Position numbers and translations under genes: made by a program. Under the pieces are notes generated by a model. That model made no database searches, was not told where the DNA came from, and was given only the letters and a program-made list of their open reading frames with translations. This document shows, piece by piece, positions 1 through 12,790 of a stretch of DNA of 64,000 bases. Numbering within the stretch: position 1 is the first letter of the stretch; the number at the start of each line of letters is the position of its first letter. Source of the DNA: Octopus vulgaris (Eukaryota); the NCBI GenBank assembly GCA_951406725.2, contig OX597832.1, forward strand, positions 1,674,001 to 1,738,000, in the 5' to 3' direction.

Positions 1-438
1 CATATATGATTCATATGTATAATTCATTCGTGAAATCATCGTATTATCATTGTTTATCTATTTTAAATTCTGATTTTATTAGTCTGTCTAATAGACATGA
101 CATTGACATTCTTCCAATGATCTCAGATAAAAGCGATCTACTGATATAAAGATAATAGCTACTGAATTATACATACGAACATGCACTTTCCGATTAACTA
201 TTCAAATAAGCCCTTCATTATGTTCATTATATATTTGCAAATTTATTTCTCTCTGAAATGACTAGCGGATTTGCGGATAATTTATTTGAACGACATTGTT
301 CTGTATACTTTCATTTTAATTTCCGTATATTTTTATATCTACCTCAGTTCATAATGAAATCCACTTTTTAATATTAACGTGACCTTCTGAGACGATGACT
401 TTCCTGATTATTTCAAGGAACGTACTCGTATATCATAG

Positions 439-501
<63 letters not shown>

Positions 502-725
502 ATTAATCAATATAGGGTGGCAAAAAAAATTTTGTAGAATTCTTTTTGCCACCAGCGGCCTAGTGGGAAAAAATTAAATAGTCATAAACCATTTTTAAGT
601 TCAACATCACAATCAGGAACGGCCATAATAGGCCATTCACCCACTAGAAATAACAGCCAAAAGCTTCAACCGCAAAATAACATCAATTCCGTAAACCAGA
701 GAAAATTAAAAACATTTACCCTGTA

Positions 726-832
726 ATTTCTTAGACGATGCACCGTTTCGTCTACTGTTTAATGGTAAACTAACCTGATTAAATTAAATCAAGCCAATCT
801 ACCATAGGCCCTTAGATTCATCAGTAAGAAAT
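726..832 (-). ncRNA. Type I hammerhead ribozyme (mirror copy of 1068-1174)
   Basis: Reverse complement of the 1068-1174 motif. Confidence 0.7.
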
Positions 833-1067
833 AGCCAAGTCGGAACAGATATTTTTCACGAGGCATTCCCGTTGCTGCCTCGGCAATATCTGACCTAAAA
901 TTTTCAAATCGTCGCACTCGCGCCAAATTTATCGGCAGCAAATAAATATAAGCCGCCGATTCCATTACGGAATTTGGCGCCAGTGCGACGATTTGAAAAT
1001 TTTAGGTCAGATATTGCCGAGGCAGCAACGGGAATGCCTCGTGAAAAATATCTGTTCCGACTTGGCT

Positions 1068-1174
1068 ATTTCTTACTGATGAATCTAAGGGCCTATGGTA
1101 GATTGGCTTGATTTAATTTAATCAGGTTAGTTTACCATTAAACAGTAGACGAAACGGTGCATCGTCTAAGAAAT
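1068..1174 (+). ncRNA. Type I hammerhead ribozyme with long stem II insert
   Basis: Stem I ATTTCTTA(1068)/TAAGAAAT(1167); CTGATGA 1076-1082; GAAA 1151-1154; short stem III ACG-GTGCAT-CGT; GTC triplet 1164-1166; A.C mismatch at base of stem II. Confidence 0.75.
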
Positions 1175-1292
1175 TACAGGGTAAATGTTTTTTAATTTTC
1201 TCCTGGTTTACGGAATTGATGTTATTTTGCGGTTGAAGCTTTTGGCTGTTATTTCTAGTGGGTGAATGGCCTATTATGGCCGTTCCTTGATT

Positions 1293-1354
<62 letters not shown>

Positions 1355-1864
1355 TGTAATCTCAGTGCTTCAAACATACGAATTTATGTACAATAATTCT
1401 CATGGCAAAATCCAACATTTGATTATGAGTGTCGAAAAATTCAGGGTGAAGGGTCACACAATTTAGTTGAAGTTGCATTATGCATCCCGTTTTATACCTA
1501 GAACTGTTATTTGTGGCTCTATTTCAACGAAAGATTGGAAAATTCAACACAGAAATCTCAACCAAACACTGAAATCTGTTGTTCTCATTCAGATAATGGC
1601 ATTAAATTTAGTTGTCATTGTGTTATCTTTAATTATTCCACCTTCACCCAAGATATTTCTTTAAGTATCTCTTATCTCTTTATCTTTTCGTTTGTCGTTT
1701 ATGTTTGTCTCTGATTTTCGTCAGCTTTTGCATTCTTGGGGCAATTTTGAACCTACTAATGCATTTTACTTGTAATGTCAGAAGACGTTGCGTATCTATG
1801 TAACAACTTGGTACGTATTTACTTGAAATGTGCGTTTTAAATACATTTGAAATATCAATAATTG

Positions 1865-2030
1865 TACAACGGGCATCTTTCAGTTTCTGTCTACCAAATC
1901 CATTCACAAAGGCTTTGGTCGGCTCGAAACTATAGCAGATACACTTGCCCAAGGTGTCACGCAGTGGGACTGATCTTGGAACCATGTGGTTGGGAAGCAA
2001 ACTTCTTACCACAGAGCCAGGCCCGCGCCT
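1865..2030 (-). mobile_element. tRNA-derived SINE, 5' part (Octopus-type)
   Basis: Minus strand reads AGGCGCGGGCCTGGCTCTGTGGTAAGAAGTTTGCTTCCCAACCACATGGTTCCAAGATCAGTCCCACTGCG (A/B-box head); homologous to 44690-44827 plus 49154-49188. Confidence 0.8.
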
Positions 2031-2229
2031 ATATATATATAAAGAGGTTTGTATGATTGTGTATAGAGGGATATATATCATTCAAAGGAATTTCAACTAT
2101 GTCTGTTTTTTATGTTTTATTTATATTCTTTTTAATATTAATGTAGAATATAGAATATATAGTATAAATAGTATATATAGTAAAATAAAATGAAGTATTG
2201 TCTTATTGAATAGATGAAATATTGAATAT

Positions 2230-2880
2230 CAAATATTAAGGGACCAGTATATGTTCTTGCATTAAAGCAGTCTTCAAGGTCCCAGGTTGCGACAGGAGTG
2301 TTTCAACTGTGGTTGACTGGCTGTCTTTTGTCCTTTATATATGTTCCTGTGGGCAGCAGTAGTAGTTGTTTGGCTATTTTTTTAGAAATGATGCCAAACC
2401 ATTTTTCAATGTTTATTTTTAGAAATGATGACAGTAGTACTTTTTAGAGATTTTTAATGTTTTAGTTGTAGGCATAAGATTTTTAAACCGCAAATAAGAT
2501 TAATTCAATCATTGTTTGTTAAGCTTGGCTTTGAATTTCTTAATAAAGTCTTTTTCTCTCAGTTTTCTCTCAATTTCATTCGGGTTGTAAAGTTTATGAA
2601 ATGGCAATATCATAAAAGTTTTCCGACCACATGTTGCCAGATGGTTACTCAGTGGTATTTGGCGGACTTCTGGGTTTTTAATTTGTTGTCGATGCACACA
2701 TGAGCGTTCTGATTGTGCATTACCTGTCTGGCCAACTTACAGCTCTTCACAATTTGGCCATTTGATGCAGTAGATTAAATTTCTGCTTTTGCAGTTCATG
2801 TTCGCGTTTGTGAATATTTTTCCTGTTTTTGTGTTCATATATGGGCCAGTATGAATTAATTGACATGTACCGCATCGGCT
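2230..2880 (-). mobile_element. Penelope-like element 3' fragment (GIY-YIG endonuclease C-terminus)
   Basis: Minus strand NLIYCIK..C...GQTG followed by HRQQIKNPEVRQIPLSNHLATC...RKLREKDFIKKFKAKLN (ORF 2509-2697). Confidence 0.8.
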
Positions 2881-2942
2881 ATCATTGCATTTAGAAACAG
2901 TGATTCAACCATTCACTCTGTGTGTGTGTGTCTACACACACA

Positions 2943-3017
<75 letters not shown>

Positions 3018-3960
3018 TTATACATGCATACATACATACAAACAGACGCAAACGCGCACACGCAATACATACACATATACACACATATATACACACGTGT
3101 CATGTCTGTGTGTGTGTGTGTATGTATGTGTGCGTATGCGTGTGAGTAATGAAGTCAAGCCAAAAAACGATATTTTAAATGCATTTAAATGCATTTAATA
3201 TGTACAAATTGTTCTTATGAATGCACATATTTTCTAAGGTGTATGTTACATTCCGAGCTCACTATGCTATTTTGCTAAGTGGAGGTTGATGAAGGCTTTG
3301 TAAGTCTGTGATGATATAAAAAGATTCAAAGTTTTGAAACTTTAGGCAGTCGTTATCCTCAGACACTTCGCTTCATCGCACTGTGTCTTCATCAGCTATC
3401 TACACCACCTTTCCGCACTACTCTCTTAACTCACTACTACTTTAAATTCGTTGCAAAAGTTTCTTTTTCGGAGGGTGAGTTCTGAATTGTCTGAGTCTTC
3501 GTTCTACAGCATATGAACTTATCCGAAAATATGTATACATACACACACATTCACGCGAGCGCGCGCTCATACATACATACATACATACGTATGCACGCAC
3601 ACGCATGTATTATCTTTCAAAATGTTTGTGTGTGAGTGTTGTTTTAACATAATGATTGGTGTTAAGTGCAGATGGTTTCTTGCAGAAATTTAGCAATTAT
3701 TCAACCGCAAAAGGAATAACTATGACATCTCATCCACATTTGTTCGGTTAAATGAATTCAGTATAACAAATATTTTTCAGCTACATTGGTGTTCTTAAAT
3801 TTGTGGGTGAATAATTGCTGATGTACAGCGAGAAACCATCGATATCAAATTAACCCCAATTATTTTATTAAAAGAAAGTATCAATCCACAAGTGCAGTGT
3901 TTATTACTCACCTTATTGTTTGTTACTTACGTATTTGTGTGTAAGTGTGTGTGTGTGTGA

Positions 3961-3996
<36 letters not shown>

Positions 3997-4028
3997 TTTG
4001 TATACCAATATCTATCTATTTATATATT

Positions 4029-4228
4029 CTTTTACTTGTTTCAGTCATTTAACTGCGGCCATGCTGGAGCACCGCCTTCAAGGGTATTAGTTGAAGAAAT
4101 CGACCCCAGGACTTATTCTTTGTAAGCCTAATACTTATTTTATCGGGGACATGAACTCACCAGCATCGGTTGTGAAGCAATGGCGAGTGGGAGGGAGGAC
4201 AAACACAGACACACACACACACACACAT
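4029..4228 (-). mobile_element. SINE 3' part
   Basis: TTTTACTTGTTTCAGTCATT..CTGCGGCCATGCTGGAGCACCGCC matches copies at 44431 and 62155. Confidence 0.75.
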
Positions 4229-4406
4229 GTTAAAGTGGCTACGAATATTACCTGTCAGTACAACTATGACATTGATCCCTTAAAGAGTTTTTAGAACTAG
4301 CATTTTTGCTTGTTGCAAAATCAGCGACTGTGTTGTCGCTTGGAATATATATATATATATATTTCGTGCAGAAGTGAGCTGCTATTATCTCTGGCAGACG
4401 AGGTGT

Positions 4407-4457
4407 CCAGTACTGAGGAGTAGCAAAAATTGCCCGAAACCAAGACTGGTCTACTGG
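4407..4457 (+). ncRNA. Type I hammerhead ribozyme
   Basis: Stem I CCAGTA/TACTGG; CTGAGGA 4413-4419; stem II GCAA-AAA-TTGC; GAAA 4436-4439; stem III ACCA-AGAC-TGGT; GTC 4449-4451. Confidence 0.8.
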
Positions 4458-4559
4458 TCCTGTCGCTAGGGGATGGTAGGGGTTCGCTCCCTTGCTCGTC
4501 TACTTGGGGTTAAAAACTCGCAGTAGAATCTTCTCAAACGGACTGCCATATTAAAGTGG

Positions 4560-5340
4560 CTACGGTATCACTAAAAGATGCTCTCAAGATCTCTGTTTAT
4601 AAATCAGTGCAGGTTTGGCGTGAGGTGTCTAGGCTATGTGTGGATGATGAATAGTTGGGGAGCACTAGGAAGGGATGAAGGGTATTGTCATCTACATAGT
4701 AGTTGCTGGATGAAGTAGCAAGTAAAACATTAATGCAAAGAAGGAAGAGAGTGGATGGCAAAACAGAACACTGGTGAACACTAGGATCGATTGAGAATGG
4801 ACAAAAGTAGATCCATCAACAAATGCCGCGATGTACGATCAAGGTAGGAAGCTACGATCGACAAGATCGGTAGATGAGCTCATGCGCAAGAACTTTTGAT
4901 AACAGATATCCATGTGTTACCAGCCTCGAATTTTGACCGTCAAGGTACAGTCTACGAGTAAACATCTCCTGAGGATGATATGTGAAGAGGCATGGTAAAA
5001 AAAGATGATTTCAGACACCCGCTTTGCTATCTCCGGCGAAATAGTGAAGATATGTGCTTCATAAATCTCTGGCATAAAACTGGTGTAAAACGGAGTTCAA
5101 ATCAATCGGTTAACTGGAGGCGTAATAGGGTCCGAGATGAAGGGGCTGCGTATAGGTTCGTATGTTGGAACGAGTTTATGACCGGATGACCCAATAAATT
5201 TGAAGGCGAACATAGTTTACGTTATGAAGTAGGAAAAAAAAAGACAAAGGTGAGTTGGTCTGGGATGCGAGCTGGAGATGAAATAAGTTGGTGCAAAGTG
5301 TTGAGAATAGAAACGGATTCGGTTTCTGTACTGGTAAAAA
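4560..5340 (-). mobile_element. Decayed CR1/Jockey-like LINE reverse transcriptase fragment
   Basis: Minus strand gives degenerate VDGST...(GVPQGSVL-like)...YYVDDNTL region with frameshifts. Confidence 0.5.
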
Positions 5341-6269
5341 TGTAAGAATCGTCTGTTATCTTTTCATGTCTAATCATCATATATTGAAATGAAATTTGTC
5401 CTTGTGTACGTGTTCAAAGCTTTTCAAGGAGGAAGAGATAACTATAAATAAGATAAAGCGGACGCGGTGTCAGTGTGTATCATATTTGACACCTGAGATT
5501 TGATACATTATACTAAGCTTTAAATGATATATTATTACTCTAAATATTCAATCTGAAGTATATTTTCTAATATTCGGATAATAAATTATCGAAGGATAAA
5601 TCTCGGAAAACTCTTTTCGCAAAATTTAAACTCAGTCAAGACAGAATTAATTGTTAATCAAATAACTTGTGTTGTTCTAGAACTTATTAGTTGTCGTGTC
5701 TTTCGATGAGAATTCAGACCTGTTACTTGACACGTTTCGACGGGGATGGATTCGCATCTACACATATGCTACTGTGATTCAAACACACGTAATCACACTC
5801 TCATACACTCTAATACACACGCATATATTGATATATAAGATTCAAACAGGACTATTCAAATGTATAAGTGAGTGTGTGTGTGTGTGTGAGTGCATAATAT
5901 ACCTGCGTGTGCAACCGTACTTGTATGTGAACATATGCGTGTGTTGTGTATGCATTCGCGATGTTTCTCTAGTACTAATTTCAGTGGAGGCTCGACATCG
6001 CCATCTAGCATTGTTATGCATGTATATATTAGATTTCTTTGTGGACACGGAAGCAATTAGTAAAGACAACTGTTCTTCTCTTCTGCCCAGTGAACGACTC
6101 GATAAAAGATATAACACCCGAAGAAATACATTTACACATGCACATATACGCACACTTACATGTATACACACGCAAAAATACACCCTAGCACACATGTATT
6201 CGTATAGTTCTATTGAATATCCCACAGACATACAACTATGTACAGCTATCCAAAGCCATATTTAAACGT

Positions 6270-6390
6270 CCATGCAGGTATATATATATATATATATATT
6301 ACTTGTGTATGTGTGTATGGATACATACATATTTATGTGTATATGTGTACATATGTATATATATGTATATATTTGTTGTGTGTGTATGTG

Positions 6391-6423
<33 letters not shown>

Positions 6424-6473
6424 TGAGAGAGGCAGACAGACAGACAGACAGACAGACAGATAGACAGATAGAC

Positions 6474-6524
<51 letters not shown>

Positions 6525-6558
6525 GATACATATATGCTTTCATATATGTATATAGATA

Positions 6559-6614
<56 letters not shown>

Positions 6615-7110
6615 TATACATTTATATGGACAAATAGATAAAAAGCTGTTAACAATGGAGTAAAAATAAATTCTCTTAGAGACGCTCTAAAATTTTCCAG
6701 CACGCAATGATGACATAAAACTTTCATAACAATGTAAAGGAAGTTCCGACGTGATGAAGTTTAGGCATCTGAGAGTAAGTTCAATAATATTTGTCAGTCA
6801 TATTTTACATCAGCTTAAGCCACAGCATATATGTATAAGTACATATGTACGTTTGTACATATGTATGTATGTATATGTGTATGTATGTATGTATGTATGT
6901 ATTTATGTATGTATGTATGTATGTATGTATGCATTATGTATGCATGTACGTATTTATATATATGTGTATGTATGTATGTATGTATGTATGTATGAATGCA
7001 TGTGTGTGTATGTATGTGTGTATGTATGTATGTATGTATGTATGTATGTATGTACGTACGTATGTATGTGTGTCTCTCTCTCTATCGACCTATCGATCTA
7101 TCTATTTAGC
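6270..7110. repeat. Compound microsatellite block (TA, GA, CAGA, GATA, TATG)
   Basis: Direct inspection; source of the low-complexity ORFs in the track. Confidence 0.95.
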
Positions 7111-7151
7111 TGTAAGTATATATATACATATATTAATATTAATAATATTAC

Positions 7152-7270
7152 CTCAGTTCGGTTCCAGGTGCCAGCTGACGCAACGGTTCGTATTCGATGC
7201 CCGTGTCTACAATATGTTGTCAGACATTGGTAGACTTTCTCGTTGGATAATCTCTTGTGTTCTGCTGAAA
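7152..7270 (-). CDS. Candidate isolated coding exon (SAEHKRLSNEKVYQCLTTYCRHGHRIRTVASAGTWNRTE)
   Basis: TTTGCAG acceptor and GAG|GTAATA donor on the minus strand; one open frame; no homology recognised. Confidence 0.25.
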
Positions 7271-7706
7271 CTGCAAAGGTTCCGCAGTGTAAAATAACAT
7301 TAATAATAAAGGGAATGGAGATTTGTACATCAATAATTTATATTAGTTATTCACAGCATATTACCATGACCTATACATGTTTACACTGCAGCGATCATAC
7401 ACTATTGCAGATGCAAGCTTGTAATATTTTCAGTGCAGTTTCGTCAGGTTCTGTACCCTAGGTCCGCTTCGAATTAAACTGGGCGAAGAAACAGTAGAAA
7501 GTAGAAAGTAGGTGTGTTGCTACTAATAAGAACTTGGTCTGGTGTTCAACCCTGCAATGGTTGTAGCGGGGAGGCATGTTCTTCACTAGATCACTGTTAT
7601 GGATTTTTGGGGGGTGGGGTGGGGGGCTGCAGTGTTCTTAGTGTTTCCTAATACTTGTTGTATGTATATATTGTTTATACATATATGCTTATTTGTTTTG
7701 CCAGAC

Positions 7707-7785
<79 letters not shown>

Positions 7786-7959
7786 CAGATAGATAGTATA
7801 TACATATATGCATATGAATATATGCACATACACACATCTATATGCGCATACACACACACACATATATATATATACACATATAGGCCCACATACAGATATA
7901 CATATACCTTTTTATTGATACATATACACATAGATATACATATATACACACATTACGAA

Positions 7960-8350
7960 TGGGCTAACAAGGCCCATGCAGGACAGGCAGGCATAGCTCT
8001 ATTGGTTACAGTTGAAGTTCTGGTCAGGATTTGATGACGTGTTGCTGCGGTTCTTCCTCCTGCGCCTTTTGCCCTTGCGAGTGGACCTGTGGGTGCTTTC
8101 GAAGTAAGAGACTGTACGGGTGATGGTGAGACGCAAGGCGTTACTGTCCTCGGCTAGGGTGGACTACGGGTGATCATCGATATGAGAAACATCGAGGGAT
8201 TTTTTCAAACAGTCCTTGTATCGTTTCTTTGGTAGGCCTCTCTCGTGATGGCCTGTGGAGAGTTCGTCGTACAGCTTGATATTAGGTAAATGATGATCCT
8301 TTATCCTGCAGACGTACCCTGCCCAGCTGGGACTTCAGCAGCATGGTCTC
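7960..8350 (-). mobile_element. RTE-clade LINE 3' fragment
   Basis: Minus strand LLKSQLGWAGYVCRIKDHHLPNIKLYDELSTG...GLPKKRYKDCLKK. Confidence 0.7.
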
Positions 8351-8379
8351 AGGCAGGAAAGTTGTAAGGCTGTGTACTC

Positions 8380-9060
8380 TTCCTTTTTTCTAAAACTGTG
8401 TGGAAATTGTGTAGACGATCTCTTGTGTCACGTCTGCTTCTAAAGCCAACTATCTCTTGTTCGGGGAATGGTTTCAAACGCCCTAGGATGATGATTAAAA
8501 GTACTTTACCTGCATGTGGATCAGAGCAATTGTTCGATAATTCTCACAAATAAGCAAGTCATCCCCTTTATGGATGGGTACATATTCTACGGTATCTGAA
8601 GGTCATTCCTCTCTCCAGATCTTACTGCATGGGTTGTGGAGTATTGTTATGGCACTCTCTTCAGCACCCTTGATCAGTTCAATCAGTACTGCATCTAAAA
8701 CTGGTGTTTTCCTGGATTTTTAAAAATCTTTTCCAGAGCTCTTTCTACCTCACACGTTCTTTTTCATACCCTAAATTTGTGTCAACTACTGCAACTTTTG
8801 GATTACTTTCATACAATTTCTTGGTGTGTTCTACCTGTTGCATTGCTATTAGGACTATTCCCTCTTGTGATTTGATACTACCTGTCTTTGCAGTGTATTC
8901 TCCTTTGGGTTCTCTCACCTATTGGAAAAGCCTTTTCGAGTTATAGCGTTTTGAGTGGTCTTCTAGATTTTTGTAAAACTTGGTTATGTAATTGTTATTA
9001 TCTTTCCGACATTCTCCTTCAACTTCTTTTTTCCAAGAGCTCGCTGGAAAAGAAAGGTAA
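8380..9060 (-). mobile_element. RTE-clade LINE fragment (pre-RT and RT start)
   Basis: Minus strand LEDHSKRYNSKRLFQ..., CENYRTIALI, GFRSRRDTRD motifs with stops and frameshifts. Confidence 0.65.
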
Positions 9061-10160
9061 AGCAGCTTAATCGGGGAAACTTTCGTTGTAGTGACATCAA
9101 TGCGATGCAAGCGTACGACACAAGACGCCGATAATAGGTTGAACGATATTTTGACAGCAAGCCTGTCTATCGAGTTCGAAATAAAAAGGAATAAAAATTC
9201 AAAATTATAGAAATTCAAATTTAAAGTATGAACATGAGCACCCGGCGTCCACACGTTGATGGAATGACATCATCAGTTTTATAACTGGCGAAAAGAAAAA
9301 GACAGAAAAGAAACTCTCGAAAAGGAAAGAAAAAAGAAATGGAAATAGAAGAAAAATATTCAATCAAACAGTTTTGTATAATACAAGTAAATAATACACG
9401 TAAATAAGTTTAGTATAAATTTGATGATATTCTCCTGTCATTTTATTCATTCTTCCAGGGCATGATATTAATAACCCGCAAACATATTTCTCCCCATGCA
9501 TTTTATGTATTGAAAGGGAAGCAGATTCAGAATATTTTGAGAATATGTAATTTCAAGTCTTCCTCAAAATTGCAGCCGCTTGAAACGAAGTGTTCAGCAA
9601 GTTCTGTCGAACTACCGTTATTGTGCCTGACGTCATATCTGTGCCCATGAAATCTTTTGTTTAATTGTTCTGTTGTGCAACCAACATAAATGAAGTTGTG
9701 TTTCGTGCATTCTGACGCGTACACCAAATGGCGAACAGTACATGTTTCACCTTCTGTATAAATCACAACGTTTCTGTTATTGTGGCACAATGAAAAGCGT
9801 ACTTCTCTTGTGGCTGTTTTTCAAGGTACGGTGTGCAGAGACTCCAATATTAGTTTTCTTGGAATCAGAAATAGCAGTTAATAGATCTCTTATATTTTTT
9901 ATTCTGCCTAAAGACCACAATAGGTGGCTGACTAAATATCTGTTTGAAACACGGATATATTTTCGCCACATGCTGGTAAATTTCATGCAACACTTTTGAA
10001 ATACTATCGAAATTTCGGTGCCAGTTAATCACTAAAGGAATTCTGTCACATATTGCATTGCGTTTGCTAAAATTATGCGTGAAGGTTTGACTTTCTTTGC
10101 TAATCTCAGCTATCTCATTTGCTATTTCTTTTAATTGTAAAGCATTTGCATATTTTCAGT
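9060..10160 (-). mobile_element. Penelope-like element 3' portion with GIY-YIG endonuclease and 3' UTR
   Basis: ORF 9527-9790: CTVRHLVYASECTKHNFIYVGCTTEQLNKRFHGHRYD...ELAEHF. Confidence 0.8.
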
Positions 10161-10299
10161 AATCTCCTATGTCAGTACAAATCCGTTTTATCCTCTGAAA
10201 TTGGGAATTCAGATTTGACCGAATTATATGATGCGGATGATCGAAGCGGTGGTGGAGGTAAATGTGGGATGACACGAGCTTGCAAAATGACTCTGTCAC

Positions 10300-10540
10300 T
10301 ATTCTGCCTCCAGAACAACAGAAATCCAATCTAAAACTGGAACAACAACGGATCATGATAAAACCATGGCAGAAAAAGCCTCTTCGTGGCAAATACTGGG
10401 GTAAACTAAACAGAAAAGAAATAGACAAAAAAAAATTCCAACAATGGCTGAAAAGCTCAGGACTCAAAGCAGAGACTGGAGGATTTTTAATTGCATCACA
10501 GGATCAAAGTCTTCCCACCATAAATTACCAAAACATTTTT
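10300..10540 (+). mobile_element. Dong/R4-type LINE fragment
   Basis: WQKKPLRGKYW...QWLKSSGLKAETGGFLIASQDQSLPT; close match to 22190-22380. Confidence 0.8.
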
Positions 10541-10680
10541 CCAAATTTTAAGCCTCCAAAATTAGAGGGTTCCTTATACACGAGGGCTCATACACGTTAA
10601 AATATGGTATATATAAAATACTACAATTAGCCGTCATTTTTGTCGGCACGGGGCCTGCTAATAATAATAATAATAATAAA

Positions 10681-10721
10681 TGTCCTGATGCAGTACTACG
10701 CTCTGGCTTTCATAGCTTCTG

Positions 10722-10722
<1 letters not shown>
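10681..10722. mobile_element. Truncated end of the (AAT)n-associated non-coding element
   Basis: TGTCCTGATGCAGTACTACGCTCTGGCTTTCATAGCTTCTGAT matches left ends of 20291 and 20859 copies; AAT on both sides. Confidence 0.65.
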
Positions 10723-10789
<67 letters not shown>

Positions 10790-10791
<2 letters not shown>

Positions 10792-12420
10792 GCACAACGA
10801 AAAAACACACAAAAAACACACAATGGAAACGCCCCTTGGATTGATAGAATGTCTACAGACTTGGACTCCTTAGAGGAGCAAAAGTGGGAGGGTGCCAAGG
10901 TAGAAGATCTCCTCTCAGGAGGTCAAGCAAATAGAAGTATCCAGGAAAGGATAAAATTCCAAACTTCTGGTTGAATGCCTTCCCAGGGAGCCATGAACTG
11001 CTAACAGAATTTTACAACGATGTTTTGCAACACCCTAGTATAATGCCCTCTTGGCTAGTTAATGGTCTTACATTCCTGCTTCCAAAAAGTAAAGAAACAA
11101 ATGAACCAAAAAAACTATAGACCCATAACCTGCTTAACAACTATGTATAAAACGCTAACATCTGTCCTGACGGAATATATCTATAGTTATTTAACAGACA
11201 GCAGCATATTCCCTAATGAACAGAAAGGATGTAAACGTGGATCCTACAGTTGTAAAGATCAACTACTCATCAATAAGATGATCTTAGAAGATTGTCACAA
11301 ACGACACAAAAACTTGTCAATAGCCTGGATAGACTATAAAAAAGCTTTAGATAGCCTACCACATAGCTGGATTAAGAAATGCCTGGAAATGTATAAAATA
11401 GCGCCTACTCTGCGAAACTTTTTGTCTGTAAGTATGAGATCATGGAGAACCACACTAACTTTGAACAGTGAAAATGAATCTCTAAATGCTGGAGATGTAA
11501 AAATTTCATGTGGCATTTTCCAGGGTTACTCACTATCACCACTCATCTTTCGTTTAGCCTTAATACCTCTCTCAAAATTGCTCAATGATGCACAATACGG
11601 ATATAAAAGGTTTGATAAAAATATAAATCATCTAATTTACATGGATGATTTAAAGCTCTTTGTAAAAAATGACCAAGAACTCAAGGGATTACTAGCGATT
11701 GTTAAACAATTCAGTGATGACATCAGAATGTAATTTGGCCTCGATAAATGTGCAAAAGCTACCTTTATCAAAGGAAAAGTGACAGAAACGTCTAACGTTA
11801 ACCTTGACCAGTAGAATGTCATAAAAGAGTTAGACCTAGCGCAGAGCTACAAATACCTAGGGGTAATTGAAGGGAATGGAATAAGGCATTCAGTAATGAA
11901 GAAAGGATCAGGAGAGAGTGTTATCGCAGAGTAAGAGCAACACTCAAGACAGAGCTGATGCTTTAGACATACCAGTCGTGACTTACATTTTCAACATCGT
12001 TAACTGGTCAATTACTAAAATATGTCATCTTGACAGAAAAATACGAAAACTGTTGACAATCCATAGAATGTACCATACTAAGGCAGATATAGAACGACTT
12101 TATCTGCCAAGAAAAGAGGGAGGCCGTGGACTTTTACAACTGGCATTAACAATGAAGATTGCCACAATTTGCCTAGACACCTACCTGAAAAACTCTGAGG
12201 ACTGGATGTTAAAACTTGTCTCAAAACATGAAAACAAGAAAGCATCATACTCAGTAACAAAACAGGCAAAGGAATATCTAAGTGAATTCCGAATACAACA
12301 AATTTCGGAATTAGACATACAAGAAACAAGCACAGAAAAATCTAAGAGCATGAAAACCCGTGCTAAAACTGCTACCTTAGATATTCTGACTGATAAATGG
12401 CAAGAAAAACCTCTCAATAG
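10790..12420 (+). mobile_element. Dong/R4-type LINE, RT region (pseudogenised)
   Basis: KNYRPITCL, EQKGCKRGS..KDQLLI, AWIDYKKA.DS.PHSW, GIFQG.SLSPL.F, HLIYMDDLKL, ERLYLPRKEGGRGL; preceded by (AAT)n. Confidence 0.9.
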
Positions 12421-12790
12421 CTCTGATACAGCATCCTCTCCAAACATTATCTTCACTATTTCCTGGTATGCAGGTAAAATTACAGTTTAAGCGATGGCAT
12501 GAGATTTCATTTTTCTTGCAGCTATCCCCGCCACAGCATAACTTGCTTCTTGTCCTTTGTCACTCAACTTGAACTTTTTGGCAAACATAGAAACTTGCCT
12601 TTTATTAAATGCCAATTCTCTTTTAAAATATTGTTCATTTTTGCCTGACAACTCTGGATGTTTAGTTGATAAGATAGATTACTTCTTTCAACTAGATTCT
12701 ACATTTTGATTATGTATCATCATCGACCAGTAAATAAAATATATTTTTATGTAGTAAATATATAATTCTTGAACTTATTCTTCATATCTA

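Larger units (their letters stand above)
498..1297. mobile_element. (TA)n-flanked fold-back element, Penelope pLTR/retrozyme-like, with ~325-bp inverted arms
   Basis: Arms 606-929 and 971-1297 are near-perfect reverse complements with a 41-nt spacer; TA arrays at ~445-497 and ~1296-1351; each arm carries a hammerhead. Confidence 0.8.

Noticed and set aside
2285-2345. Minus-strand GAAACA-CTCC-TGTC half-hammerhead downstream of a Penelope endonuclease
   Set aside because: No CTGANGA box found upstream.
3350-3410. Minus-strand CTGATGA with a 6-bp stem II (AGACAC/GTGTCT)
   Set aside because: Followed by GAGG rather than GAAA, with no convincing stems I or III; at best a dead hammerhead.
5696-6265. 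189-aa ORF and overlapping 129-aa antisense ORF
   Set aside because: Largely CA/TG low-complexity, no domain or convincing splice sites.
9225-9285. Minus-strand CTGATGA in the Penelope 3' UTR
   Set aside because: Expected position for a pLTR hammerhead, but GAAA and the cleavage triplet cannot be identified.
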